The notes: a model not told the origin generated them from the letters alone. Counted from the first letter of the stretch, positions 36,023 to 49,886 are shown. The stretch is 64,000 nt of DNA from Marsupella aquatica (GCA_973895155.1 OZ316895.1:21340558-21404557); one strand, 5' to 3'. Made by a program: numbers and translations.

Positions 36023-39000
36023 CCACAACTCTTCCCTATCGCAATATGTGAATCACCTATTTTCAAGCCAGTCACATTAGTCCAAAGAACCCTAGTGTGA
36101 CTGTCACTGGAGCCACAACCAAGAGGTTTGAGATGCCCTATTCAACCATTTTAATTGATACGGTAGGTATTGCAATGTTAAGTTCTCTTAGTTCATTTTT
36201 ACTCATTGTAGAATTTCCATTCTTAATTCCATTATTTGCCACAAAAGGCACAAAGGCTTGGTATGGAAGGAGAAATTTGCTTTTTGGATCCAGCATGAAA
36301 AAAACCAGTTTTGTGAGGCAAGGTTTTGAAATACTTTCTTAGTGGGTTGCAAGCATCGCAAAGTTGTTGTGCGGTGCATGGTCGCAGCATACTGTTTACT
36401 CTCCCCAAACGCAGCTGCAATAAAAAGAAGTGTCTGAGGGTACCCAAGAGGGGAAAATGTCACAACATAAAGGCAGCTGATGTTCAAGCAGGCTTTAACT
36501 TTTAGGGTGAGGGACAGGAGAGCGCCTTGCTATGCAGGTCGAGACTCTCCTTCTATTAACCCACTTACCCCCAAAAGTGTTTCTCAAATCTGTCTTACAA
36601 GAACTCACTGATATATATTGAAGCAGAGATGATGCCCCAAGGACTCAGGCCCCATCAATAGCACATGGCAGGGAAGGACCCAACCAACCCAAGGGACATC
36701 CCGGCACCAAATAGGCCAGGGGTACAAGACCTCCCAAACCCGCCCCACCAAAAACCAAAATAAATATCAGTGAGTTCTCTTTCTCATATTGCATAACACA
36801 GTAAACTGTGACTGTGATTACCTAGGTAATGAACATTCACTCACTCTAAGGGGGATCCCTTACAGCACACAATGTTTTTATATCATTGACGCCCTAATAA
36901 TAGTACAAATTTTTTTGTATTCTCTTACCCTTTTTAAAGAATTTCTCAGAATTCCTTCTTGGTAATGCCCAAATTGGATTAAGCCCTCCTGTTCTTCCAC
37001 AAATTTTTATTAGTCTTCCATAAAACCCAATTAAAAATAATAATTTTTAAAAATTCATGTACTTGTTCATGCGTGATGGTCCAGGAAAATAAGCAATGGC
37101 CCGGAGGAATTTAAACTTTTTGTGTTAGAAAATGAGAAACTTACAACTAGAAGAGAGGGCTAAGTCAATGCATGCAAAATCTAACACCATGAACATCAAA
37201 TCACAATAAAATGTGTTCCAACTTAGTTTTAAGAACAAAATCTGGCTTATGCAAAACTCTGTAATCAAAAAAGCTATGTAAGCACCCAAGAGTTTTCCTC
37301 GTGGGGTTGGGGGAAGAGAGAGGGAAGCCCCACCCAAGTTTCATGGTATGAAATGGAGAATGATTTTGCATGTGGTTGCCAATTGAGACTTCAAGAGCAA
37401 GTGATTGGTTCATATAATTAAAGTAAGCCATCTTATGATGGCCAAGTCACCCAATCCAAAACAACTTTCTACTCAATTTGATAAAGACTTGTGGTCGATA
37501 AGCTCCTTTTCAGTGAAGAGTTCACTGCCTTTTCCAATATATGTTCTTTGTTAGAGATTGGGAAGAAAGAATTCATGTAGGAACCTAAATGCATCTCCTC
37601 AAGGGTATCACTTCTGCAAAACGACACATCACGTGTGGCAAACCATAGGGTCATTCTATTGGTTCTAAGGGAATGCTTAATTGTTTTTTAAAAGAAAATC
37701 AGGTCTTGTACATCCTATTTGAGACTATAGAAAAAGATAGGTCTCAAAACATCCATTTTTGAAAAACTCACAATTAATTGGGGTATACAATTTTTTAAAA
37801 GTTGTTTTACTTAAGTTGACTGAGTACCTGACCCAAAATGTTTGAGGTGATGTGGGGACTCCATGTAGTGAGAGCATCTCTTGGCTCCTAAGCTGCCACT
37901 CGGATGATAAATGTGGATCAAAAATAATGTCTCATGAAGCTTTTTGCAATAGGTAGGAGGAGGCAAAGCCTGAAATTAGATAAATGGCACGATGTATTTG
38001 GGCATGTATTAAGAGAGTAAGCATCGAAGGTGGCAACAAAATCTTACTAGAAGTAGTAAACAGTACCTAGAGTTGGGGTTGAGGCTTTTAGAGTGAAGCC
38101 TCTAGACAATAACCCCTAGGCCCCCACCAAATTTATGTCCATGGAAAGTAGTATGTGATACTATGTATCTAAAAAAAATGAGCATCCATCGTGATGATTT
38201 TTGTCATCGTCTATTCATATTCAAAGAATGGGCATTCTCGTAAACCTATAAACTGTGGGGCATTGTTGGGTAGCGTCGTCAAGATGTGGTGTTATTGGGT
38301 ATAGTTCCCAACCCACGCAGTGTAGGGAGGATTTCCAGGCTCTTGTTTGTGGGATGATCGATTGGCCTCTTTCCCCAGGGGTTTCCCTTCACTGCCCGCA
38401 CCAAAAAGCCAAAAACAATCCATGCATACTTGTAGCTAGCTAGATCTGGACCCAAAATCCTAATAAAACCTACCCTGTACCCGAGTTAGTTTTTACTGGA
38501 GTTACCTTAGTAGGGCATTCCAAAGCAAGGCCGTGATGAGTCACAAGTTGGCCACAAAGCAGGCCGTAAAGACTTACGAGAATGGCCATAAAAGTTGTGG
38601 GAGACCAAAGTTGGCTTCCGTAAGAAAGTGCCGGGGCCACTGACCAAAACCCATAACTTTAAATCTGAGACTTTTAATTCGAGCCATCACAACATAGAGT
38701 CATCACAACATCGCATCATCCCGGGACAGAAAGTGGCAGACATTGTGTATTAGTAGATTGCTATTGTGACCGTGTATCAAGGTAATAGGCTTGGGCTTAT
38801 CCGACAGGGGCGGGCCAAAAGAACTTACTCTGAGAGGAGGTATCCATAAGTCATCCCTTATGGCACAGGTCAATGCACACACCCCGTGCAACCAATGGCC
38901 CGTAAAGTCTAGTCGTAAAGTGTTTTATGGGCACAATTGGTGCCCTGTAACTTTTCCTAATGAACCTATTTTGGGGAACCCTAATAGATGGTCATGCAAT

Positions 39001-39137
39001 GCCACATCACTTTCCTTAACTTTTACCCTAAACTTGGCCATTGTCTATGCATGTCCATGCCAAATGGGGCATGGGCATCAGCTAGCATGAATCCAACTGT
39101 CAATTGAGGTCAAAAGTTACTCTTCAGGGCTTTTCTC

Positions 39138-39256
39138 TAGAGTGAAGCCTCTAGACGTTGACTGTGGGGCCGTAACTGAGGTTGGGGTGTGGGTGGTCTG
39201 CAGTGAAGCCTCTGGACTGTGACTTTGGGGGCGTAACTGAAGTTAGGGTGTGGGTA
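39138..39256. repeat. Tandem duplication, ~61-bp unit x2
   Basis: AGTGAAGCCTCTRGAC...GGGG.CGTAACTGA.GTT.GGGTGTGGGT occurs twice; TAGAGTGAAGCCTCTAGAC also occurs at ~38089. Confidence 0.7.
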
Positions 39257-40399
39257 GAAATGAGGATTGGGGCAGGGTGAGTTTGTGAAAATGACGCAGT
39301 ATGTGAGGAGTCACTAAAAACAGTTGCATACAAAGGGTGGACGGGCAATGGGCTTGAATGTCATCATGTCTATTTGCAATTTAATAAGGAAAAGGTAGAC
39401 AGTCTTGCAGTAGCAAGAATGCTCCATTTGGTTACTCCACGATCTGAAATGAGATTTTCCGTGAAGTCCTTGCGAATTTTGTAGTTGCATTTCCGTACCC
39501 AAAATGGTGACCTCCTCTAGTAACCTAGGGTTTCACTATTTTTTATGGTTATTTTTCCTTATCTTCAATAGATAACTTTACTAACATAAAATCCACGTGA
39601 AATGGCTACCAGTAATGGTGAATGGGTAGTGAGATAGATATGTGAGTCAATCATCCATTGAGAAAGGACATTCCAGAAAAGATAATGCATAGTAGGTCCT
39701 CCTTTTCATGCAATCTAAAACTCTCATGCAAACTTCTTTCTAGAATGATTGAAGTTGTCTTTTAGACATTCATCTGCCAAATGTAAGTATGTGGGGCTTG
39801 AAATTAAATCTTGGTGACTGTTGCTTGCGGGGTTGCTTGACTCACTCAGGACCTCATTTCAAACCAAATGGTATGATATTTGATATGATTTGAAGCGACC
39901 TCTCTGTGTGGAGCAGGTTTCGGAACTGTGGAATATGGGTTGAATGAAACACTTGGACTTATGGCTCCTCTTTTGGTCCATGGTGGCCATGACTATATGG
40001 CCAAGCTGGCCGCTTCACGGTCTATGTTTTGTTATCAGTCTTGGCTGCCCTAGAAAGACTCTCACAAAGCTGAAATTTGTTGGTAGCCAAGGTTAAAGCC
40101 AAATCAAAGGCCAATCCATGGCAAATGTGCTCATAAATGATGTGTCAAATGATCCTGCAAAACCATTCTCTTGCGGGAAGCTACAAATAGCTAAAGATCC
40201 TTAGATTCTACATGTAAGTGAAAGACATTTCAAGAGGATGTTCAAGGAGCTCTAGAAAATTTCCTTTGCAAACGACTCAAGGGTCTCACTACATAGAGAG
40301 CCCCCCATCACCTGCAACGTTTAAACCCTAAAATGTAAGTTAAACATTTTTTAAAAAACCTTATAAGATGAAATATTCTTGGAATATTGCAGAAATTTG

Positions 40400-40560
40400 A
40401 TTAAAAAGATACTAATGTCCTCACAAGACTCCAAATTGTATTTAAAGACCCTAAAGTTTTTCCACAAGAAATTTCTATTAAGTTTTCTCTTAAAACCAAT
40501 AAAATTACCCTATTTTTTGACACACATGATGTGCCAATTCTATGGAAGTGAAACCCCCAA
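40400..40560. repeat. Dispersed repeat family copy (other copies at ~50365-50516 and ~36950-37035)
   Basis: AAAGACCCTAA...TTCCACAA...ATGTGCCAATTCTRTGGAAGTGARACCCCCAA shared with 50401-50516. Confidence 0.7.
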
Positions 40561-43083
40561 GGCAAATGAGACCTTTATCATGAGTTTGATGGGCCAGTTT
40601 CACAAGTACATTAGGACATTCATTCATGGGCTGGTTACACATAATCACCACTATTGTCTAAACAGGTAACTTTCATCAGCATATTTTGATGATGTTAGAG
40701 CATGCTCAAACCCTAGAAATCAATTGTAGATCTTTAGTAGTGGATAATAGTGTCTAAGGTCCACTACTGTAGATCTCAATAGCGGCTTGCCCCCTTAGAG
40801 AACGTCCACATCGCACTTGCAGATTTAGTTACAAATAGTTAAAGTGGACCAGTAGATCACCACAATATTGCAGTGGTAGATCTTTATGATTGTCGACTAA
40901 GTTTACTTACCTTCATTTGAGTTTCATATTGGGCGGCTATGGAACTCTTTTGCTTTTAATTGCTTTAACTCTATGGTACTTTCTTTGGCCCTTTTACTAA
41001 ATTGATCCCTTTTTCTCCTCGTTTGAAAAGGAAAAATAAAGTCATACACTTTAGTCTGTTGTTGTAAAAGGGAAATACTAGCTTTCGGAAAACAAACGAG
41101 TGCCATCTACACTCTAGATTATTAAGATGATTATCTGGTTTCTGTCCTTTGCAGAGTAATAGGACACCACATCTCATTGTTGTGGCCACATCCTGGGTAA
41201 GCAACTCCCAGTCCCAGTTGTATAAGCAAGTTTTAAATTTATCATAATGGCCATACATAGAGTCTACAATCACAGGCTATTTTGCTATTTTAGTCAAGCT
41301 GTTGTACCTCTCAGCCTATGTAACTTAATAAAACCAAACTCTTTTTGTAGAGGACTTTTTTTAATCCCAAATTCTATGGAGCTTCAGAGCTTCTATGGAG
41401 CTCCAGATATAATTCCAAGCCTCCATGTGTCCAGGGTAGTGGTCCATCCAAGCATTACTTTCCTAGTTTGGTGACAGGGGAATAAAAATGGTACCTATAA
41501 GATATGTTTAAAACTAAATAGGTGGGAATATACAGCACAGTCAGACTGAGCTGCCTACCGCGTATTCGGCCACGACGACGGTCTGACACAAAAACAGGAG
41601 TACAGTCATCCGGGATACTCACTAATAGAAAAATGATTAAGGTTGCTCATGATTTCATGGGGGTCTGATAAGCTCAGGTTAATTAAGGTGGCCAGAAGGA
41701 CACAACAAGATAAGAATAAAAGGGGCACAATCAAACAAAAGTGCACATGCAACTCGAGCCACACGCACATGATAAGCTAGACATCAAATTGTCAGCACAA
41801 GCTAGCCCATAATTGTGAAAAGACTGCAGAAGTCTTAAATATCCCATGTTTGAAAGCGAAAAGTCTCTCCATAATGAGGTTGATTAATAGATCTAGACCT
41901 CGGGAATTATAATGATGTGGTGTTTTTCCTTCCTCTTAACGTGGAGGAGTACAGTAACCTATACAAATACTTTCCAATTGATGACACAAGGTGGTCATTG
42001 TCAGGAGCGTAACCAAGGGTCAAAATTTCTTCTTCTCGTATTCGTTATGCTTCTTTTTGGAAACAAGACAAACATTAATGGAGAGTAGTGGGATCAATCA
42101 ATACTCAGCGTTTTTCTTATCGGCTTTATCAATACTTCTTTGATATCTTTTTCTTATCACCTCAAAATTATGCTGGCTACTTTAAGCAAAGGGAAAGAGT
42201 TTGACAATTTCAAAGATCATGAAAATTGGAGTTCAATCTGGTGGTAACTGGCGACCAGTCCCACTCGCCCCTGTTGCAAAGCAGTAGCATCCTCCTCAGG
42301 GATATTGCATGCTAGTCAGCACCTGGGACTGAACAACTTAAAAAAATCAGCAATCCAAGGCCTCCCTGCCAGTCTGTATTTGAATTCCTCCTGGGCAGGA
42401 TGCATCTTTTGACAGATGGAGGTGTTAATTTGATGTTAATTTTGCCTCTAGAGAATTCAATTCAAAGATCTCTGCCTGTTTTCCTATCAACTCCATATTC
42501 TGATCATCACGCCTCAACTCGCTGCCCGGCTTAGGCAGACCCTTTGGAACTTCTAAACTTGCCAAATCTTCTTCCATCATGCCTCATTTTTGAATTCACA
42601 TATGCCTTGCAGATGAAAACTATTGCTTCCCATAAACTGTCCCTGGGTAGGGGAGAGAGCTTTACAGTCCTCCCTACTGAGGGATGGCTTGTTCCAGTCA
42701 CCAGTCCTCTCTACATAAACAGATGGGCTGTCCCCACAACCACTACCTCCCACATTCCTTAAAGAAATGCTAATCAAGAAAGAGTTGGGGTTCAGAGTCT
42801 TATTCCATGCCTTCCATGGGTAGGCTTGAGGGTGGCTTTACAAGCCATCCGAGCCACTTCTTGTTCTAAAATTAAACTTGAGGCAGTCTGCAGTGTTTGA
42901 AATAAAGTTGAAAAAATTGCAAATCCCTTGAATGAAAGAGCAAAAGCTTGAAATTGTTGAAACCCCTCTAGATGTAGTCTAATATACTAGACAAAATATA
43001 TAATACACATCTGCATTTACTTGGGCCCATTGCTGGCCTTGCAGGATTGGTAGACACCATATGTAAATGGGGCCCCAAGTTCT

Positions 43084-43426
43084 TGTTGAGCATAGACGAC
43101 AATCGCAACGGTAAGCACATGACACATCCAACTCTCAAGTAGTCGACACAAGAGATACGTGGTTCACCTCCTCGAGACTACGTCCATGGGAACACACAAG
43201 AGAGCTTTACTGAACTCTAAGCTTGTCGGCTATACCAAGTCTCTACAGTGTAAGCTCTCCTCATCTCTCAAGTGGCTCCATAACAATGAGCCTAAGTTCC
43301 ACTTATCCAAGCAAACACCGCTTGGCATATAGTGTGCATCCTAGTTAATTTAACCATGTCTCCGACTACGGTTAGTCTAACTACGGTTACATGTCGTAAC
43401 CCTAGACCTTGAGTAAATACCTAACA
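43084..43426. mobile_element. Solo LTR (Copia-like), 343 bp
   Basis: TGTT...AACA termini; perfect 5-bp TSD GTTCT (43079-43083 and 43427-43431); internal ACAAGAGATACGTGGTTC motif reminiscent of plant Copia LTRs. Confidence 0.85.
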
Positions 43427-44379
43427 GTTCTATTGAAGCAAAACTGCAGCCATTTCACTCTGTGTCATTATGGGGTCCAGATTGAGAATGAACAATTTAA
43501 ATAATTGGCCGTAAGATCTTGTAAACTAAGCCACCCTGAAGCCCTGGGATCATGCTTATCGTCCAATAATGCAGTGCTAGTTTTGTCATTGGATTCCCAC
43601 CATGGAAGACTTTGATAGTCCATGCATACTTAGCAATTTTGGTGGCTTATCTGAGAAAATCATCACAACTTTGTGGAGAGATTCTTATCTTATTAAAATA
43701 CAAACTCTCAACTTTGAATCTTGCACAACTTGGTCAGTACCATTGCCCACCTATAAATGATGGACTCTCAAATAGTAGAGGCATCCAATAGTCTATAAGT
43801 ATACCTCAATGTTGTAGGACGCAGTTGAATACTAAGGCAACCATTACTTCCAAACTCTGAGATTCATTTCTGTCCATACCCAGTCACTAAAACATTAAAA
43901 TAGAAGGAGATTCCTTAGTTGAGATGTCATCTCCCCAATGTGAGAACATCTTTCCAATTCCCATTCTGCCAATAGCATCATGATGACTATTGGATTTGCA
44001 CCACAAGGATGCAAACGTGAGTCCCGCAATTGTGACTATGGATTTTTTAATATATTGTTACTTCAATATATAGCGAAAGTCCACCTTCAATGATTACTTT
44101 ACTGGACGACGTGATGTGCCCCCTTGTCCCCCCTTCCAAATTATTCATCAGTAATTCAACGAGGCTCATGGATTAAAAAACTATTTTCAAATATGTTCAG
44201 ACTATATAATTGTTATTTCCATAATTAACTACTTTTGTTCGATGAGAATGATGGTTGTCTCCACAGTCAACAACGGGAGAAACCAAAAAGCCTGGAAAAT
44301 CATTCATTATGCAGGAGTGTAAATCCAAACTTCCAACCCTTTGTGAAATTCTCACGAGCAGGTAACATTTATGGATATG

Positions 44380-45060
44380 CCGTTACACCTGACATGGCTG
44401 ACAGCCAAATCGTCGTATCCTCCGCCCCGTAGACTTCGAATCCTTGAATACGTCACGCGCTACGCAATACAGTTCGTAGGTCTTTTCCCCTCATTATTTC
44501 GCACTGCGCTACAGCATACGGGAGTACAGTATTCCGTATCTCATAATGACCCATCTTTTGACAGTATCGCATATGAGCCGTACATCTTTGAATCTGTGCG
44601 ATCGACGAGCTCTGGACATCATACGTACGCCTTACGTACGGTGTCTATCCGGGACTTCCATTAGAGTACTATACAGGGCGAGTCATCATTTACCAGTACG
44701 GCGAGATTTACCAGTACGGCGAGTCTGTTACTGTGATGGTGAGGAGTGATTTACATACAGGTCGAGAAGTAATTGCCGTTGGGTACATCCGTTACGATTA
44801 CTGAGCAACGGAAAAACGCCTGGAGTAGACGATGTTGTTTTCCGTCCCGCACCGTTCGGTTCCGTTCCGTTCCAGTTTGTCCCGTCCTTGCTCCGGCGCA
44901 TGGTTCGGCGGCTGTGTAGCGAACGGAGATGGATGGACGAAAGATTCCCCACTGGAAGGGCCGTGCGGTTCCGTTTCTGTGACTGAGAAAAGAAAACGTC
45001 CAACGTGGTTGAGGCTTGGAGTAGGGAATTTACCGTAAATACAGTGTTTACGCTGGCAGT
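44380..45060. promoter_or_regulatory. CpG-rich island with 8 GTAC cores (candidate distal regulatory element)
   Basis: GTAC at 44524, 44580, 44625, 44636, 44666, 44696, 44714 and 44783; tandem 18-mer ATTTACCAGTACGGCGAG x2 (44688-44723). Confidence 0.45.
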
Positions 45061-45460
45061 TGCTCCCCCTCCCAAAAGAAACAGAAAAAGAAAAAAAGAG
45101 AAGGGAGAAATGGGATCCAATCTATCGTGCTATTTCCCCAAAAGAAACAGAAAAAGAGAAGGGAAAAATGGGGGGGGGGGGCCAATTTATCGGTTCTATT
45201 TCCATTAAATGACCTAGAAACTCCGAGACTGCTCTGTAAAATTCACTACTAAAAAAAAGAAAAAGGACCCATTATTTCATAAGGGAAAAACAAAGTACAA
45301 TGAAATAAAAGCAAAAGGGATTTGGACAGACGGAAAGACACCCATTGGCTTCAAAGACAAGGAGGCAAGAATAGGACATTTAGGGGGACGGGTACTTGGA
45401 AGGCCGTTTATGTCTCTGGGTACCCGCTGCCCTCATATTGCTGCCCAAACTGTCTATATT

Positions 45461-45675
45461 GACTTAATTTAAATACCATGAGTGAGTGCTCCATGGATGT
45501 GCATGAGGGCTTGGGTGGAGTGGTTGCACAGTCGTGTGGTTGTAGTGACTTAATTTAAATACCATGAGTGAGTGCTCCATGGATGTGCATGAGGCTTGGG
45601 TGGAGTGGTTGCACAGTGGTGTGGTTGTGTGTGGAGGCACAATCGCACAGGTCAAGGGTTTGAAACTCTTGGGGG
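45461..45675 (+). repeat. ~86-bp tandem duplication overlapping a degenerate tRNA-like SINE head
   Basis: GACTTAATTTAAATACCATGAGTGAGTGCTCC...GGGTGGAGTGGTTGCACAG x2, with A-box-like TGGGTGGAGTGG and B-box-like GGTTTGAAACTC near 45657. Confidence 0.7.
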
Positions 45676-48600
45676 ATGATGGTTCCTTTTAAACAAATCT
45701 CACCCAAAAATGTGATTCAGACAGGGTTTTGTGACTCATGGAGAAATGCCAAATTTTCAATTTTAGTGGACAGCCTGAAGGCATGAGTGGGCACAGGCAG
45801 GTACAAAGGTCATTAATGATACTTCAGGAACTCGTATTGCTGAATGGATGGACCACCAAAGGAATCCGCAATACTCACTTACTCGCTGGTTTATTATTAA
45901 CTCGGGTACTGAACTGACATGTTGTCTCTCACTTCCAAACTGCCAATAGGTACCATTATTTGTCAGCATTAGATCACACTATTGTGCTGATAGATTTCTA
46001 GGTTTTGGGGGTATTATTTTTGAGTTGGGTGTTTATTTTATTTTTGGACCTCTTTTGCTTTTACTCGGTTGTATTTGATTCGCCTGTTTCTAAAATTGTT
46101 CCTATGCGAGTAAAAAAGGAAACTGTCAACACTTTTATAGGTTCTTCGTAGGTTTCACTTCCTCGATGGTGGGACCAAAACATGAAGAGCTGGTAAACAC
46201 TACTGTATAAATGCAGGAGCTCTATAAATGCAATTTTAAGTACAGTCCAAAAAATAGAAATGATTAGTATGTTGAAGTACGAGCCGATATACTACGAAAT
46301 AGTTCATGACAGTATGCTACACTACTACACATGTGTAGATCCTATGATGATCCTGGAAGAAAACAAATACATTTCCAATACAGCTGGTAATAATGTTGCT
46401 TTGATCATAGTGCCCATTAATGTTTCATTATTGACAGTGTCCAAATTTTTTATCACTAGAATCTCAAGATACAATAACTGTCTAATACTCTAATAAGACC
46501 ATGCCAAGGCACAATTACAATCTTTGGATTGTAGTGATTGATGGCATTTTCCACCTTCTGTCTCACAGTTCCTGCATCTTGTTTATTTGTAACTTGGCTG
46601 AAGATTGCTGAGCCTTGAGAGATATTCCTGATGGACAGGTAAATTAAAAAAGTGTTACGTGATGGACTCAGTAGGCCCAATGAAATTTCGGGTACTCGAT
46701 TTAAGGTACACCAATTGTATGGATCACTCAAGGGGCTTAATCAAATAACACTTTTCATTTTGGGGGTCCTGCATGTATACCTCTCGAGTCTGGAAAGCTT
46801 GCTGAGATACACTTTCCTGCAATTATCTGTACTTCAGCCTCTGGGAAACCAGCCTCATGTCGTCTTTTACCAGCAGTTTTGAGGAGCTGAATCTCTTGAC
46901 TGGTTTTGGAATTTCTCTGCAAACCCCAAAGGAAAAGGTGACATCGCTATCAAGGAATGTTAAACATCCAGTTTTACTACACTCACCCCAAATCACTAAA
47001 CCACCTACTTTTGATGATGTGATAGCACCCTGGTGCATCAATGTCTGGGCTGATTTAGAGTGTATGTAGTAAGCTCAAGGGTGGGCTTCATATTCTCCTA
47101 TTCAATATTTGCTTACACATTGTCAAACCCTCTACATGAGCAAGGTCATTACTTCTTTTTGAAAGAAAGGGAAACCCTGACCTAGAAGTTGCCTAGCAGG
47201 CCCTGGGCAATGGCTCTGTAGGTCATTGTAGGGTCCAAATTTAATCTTAGGAAGAATAAAAGAGGCAATGGGCCTCAAGCTTATTTTAGCTTCACTCTTA
47301 TGGCAAGGGCCAATGTCCTGTCAAAGTCTATGTGTGTTTTGCAGCCAGGACTGAAAATCAGTCATAAAACAATTAAACAGGAATTGCATTTAGTGGGCAG
47401 GCTTAGAAGGGGGGACAATACGACACTAGCCAAAATTCTTCTGTCCAATTTTTATTCTAGCTAACGCTACCTTCCCCCCGTCCATGACAAAAAATAAATT
47501 GTATATTATTTTGATTGGTCAAGTGAGGAGCTCTGATTCTCTGACCCGTTTCGTTTCTAGGTTTTCCTTAGTTTGTAGGTTTTCAAATCCCACATACACT
47601 AATTTACTTTCTAGGCTTTAAAGTCCCACATAAGACTAATTTACTTCTTGAGTTTTTGAAGATCAGCAAGAGACTGCAATCCCAGCTCTATTGAAGAGTG
47701 AAAATTTAGGGTTTAGAGGTTAGTGAAACCCTTCACTTATCATGGAAAGAGTCATTAAGGGTTTCTCAAATACGTATACAAATTCCTAGAGAAAAATTTG
47801 CAGAGAGCTGGGAGCCCTTTTCCCATGCCTTCTTCTTCTTCTTCCAATGTCATGCAAATCATCCACTCCTATCTGGTCAAAATTCCCCTCCACCCAACCC
47901 CTGTTCCTTAGAAATTCAGTTTGTTGTCCATACCTTATGCTAAAATTCCATATTCCCTCCCCTTTACTTTCCCACCTCAAAAATCTACATCAACCCCTGT
48001 AAAAGAAAATCCTCCTCCCTCATCTTCCCCCCCCCCCTCCCATATCCTCTCCTTCCCAACCTTCCAATTTATATTCACTCCTTGCCTCTGTCCCCCTGCA
48101 ACCTGTTTTCCTCCTCCTGCCTCATTTTCTTATAAGGTTCCATCCCTTTTTAAAGGCCTCATCCCTAAAATTAGCAAAACAAAGACGCATACAAAAGGCC
48201 ATATGACTCCATTACTAAACCTTCCTGACCGTGGGTCCTTGGCTAGAGATCGACTTAGCTTCAAATCCTTGATGAGGGCCTTCTTTACCCAGCCACTACT
48301 GAAATAAATATATATCCTTATAAATAATTATTAGATGGGTCCTACATATTTTAGACTAGGCCAATTCAACTCACTCAATAAATGTGGCCACTTTTTGAGG
48401 AAATCAGACATCCTACAGCTAGTGGCTAATGATCAAGAGATAGTAGTAGAAAACATAGGTCAAATTTGCCAAAACCTTCCTCTAACCCCCAGTTGGATGT
48501 ACTAGTTCGTTCAAGATCTGACGCTTTTGCCTTATTATCAGGAAAGACCCAACAATTCTATACATTATTATATGTATTCATAAATAAAGATTTCATGGGT

Positions 48601-49170
48601 TTACACATATTTTCCCTCCTAGACATGGCCAGTTGAACTTCTCAAAAATACAAAACTCAGTGGCACGGACAATGGAGAATTAGAGGTGGCACACTACACG
48701 AGGGATGACACATTGCTCAATGCGTTGACAATGCTCCAGAATCACCTATTGATTGCATAATAGTTAGTCTTAATTAGTAATCATTTACTTCAAAAGTGCA
48801 CAAAAGCAATCATATAAATTGCTTAATCAGTTAGTTTAATAGTAGAAATGCTACAGTTCTGGGGATGCGTGCGTAGACATAGATTCCTGCCATTCCACAA
48901 AAGCGATGACGCCAGCTTGAGGCAAAAGCCTGAAGAATGTGGGAAGACGGATTGAAGTTATCCTTATCTTAACTCATTGATAAGTACAGATGATTACACT
49001 TGATCCTTGATACTCTTTATTGGTATCTTTGTGAGTTCTAGTAATCTGAAGCCGGGATGGACCCATACCTTGTTCTTATCCATCCCCATGGAGTTCATAA
49101 AGTAATCATTGAGTTTACACCAAATAGAAAGAATGGAACCAGTTGCTTATTGCAGTTAACTACTTTGCTA

Positions 49171-49238
49171 ACCTTGTGGAGAAAGTAGTTGGGAAGCCAG
49201 ACAACCGTGTGGAGAAAATAGTTGGGAAGCCAAGACAA
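49171..49238. repeat. 33-bp tandem duplication
   Basis: TGTGGAGAAARTAGTTGGGAAGCCA(A)GACAA x2. Confidence 0.8.
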
Positions 49239-49574
49239 TTTTCTGCAAAATCCCTCTCCTCAATGTAATGTTGTCCGAATGCTTAGTAGACCCCTTCTGG
49301 AAAAAGTTTGCTTAATCAACCCCCTTGATACTTTTCCCCAATCTGGATAGTTGATGGACCTTTCAATCTCAGATCTGGACCGTTGATAGACCTCAGAGGG
49401 TCGATCAAGTAACAAGTTTCATTTTGGGGGTCCATCAAGCAAATACCTCACAATGTTCCTTGGAGAAGTACGGAGTTTCGTCTTGAAGCTAAGGTCTCAG
49501 CCCAGTTGATAGCAAGCAAAATGGATCGATGAGATTGAAAGTGAGATAAAAAAAACATTTGCACCACTCCATTG

Positions 49575-49886
49575 TTTCCACATCAAGGATTTGAGCCCAC
49601 TGCTTAGGAAAATGATTGAGTCATCACAAACTTTGCGAGTACAAGGCATTTTCAAAACATGCATGACATCCTGATGACTTCCTCAACAGGGTCATCAAAG
49701 TCATCAACTGGTTACAATAGAAACTTTACCTTTCCACATCAAGGATTTGAGCCCACTGCTTAGGAAAATGATTGAGTCATCACAAACTTTGCGAGTACAA
49801 GGCATTTTCAAAACATGCATGACGTCCTGATGACTTCCTCAACAGGGTCATCAAAGTCATCAACTGGTTACAATAGAAACTTTACC
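49575..49886. repeat. Near-perfect 156-bp tandem duplication
   Basis: 49575-49730 versus 49731-49886; the only difference I noticed is GACATCC vs GACGTCC. Confidence 0.95.

Noticed and set aside
38511-38947. hAT-like MITE with TAGGGC/GCCCTG ends and GGCCRTAA repeats
   Set aside because: The termini are too short and the flanks do not form a convincing TSD.
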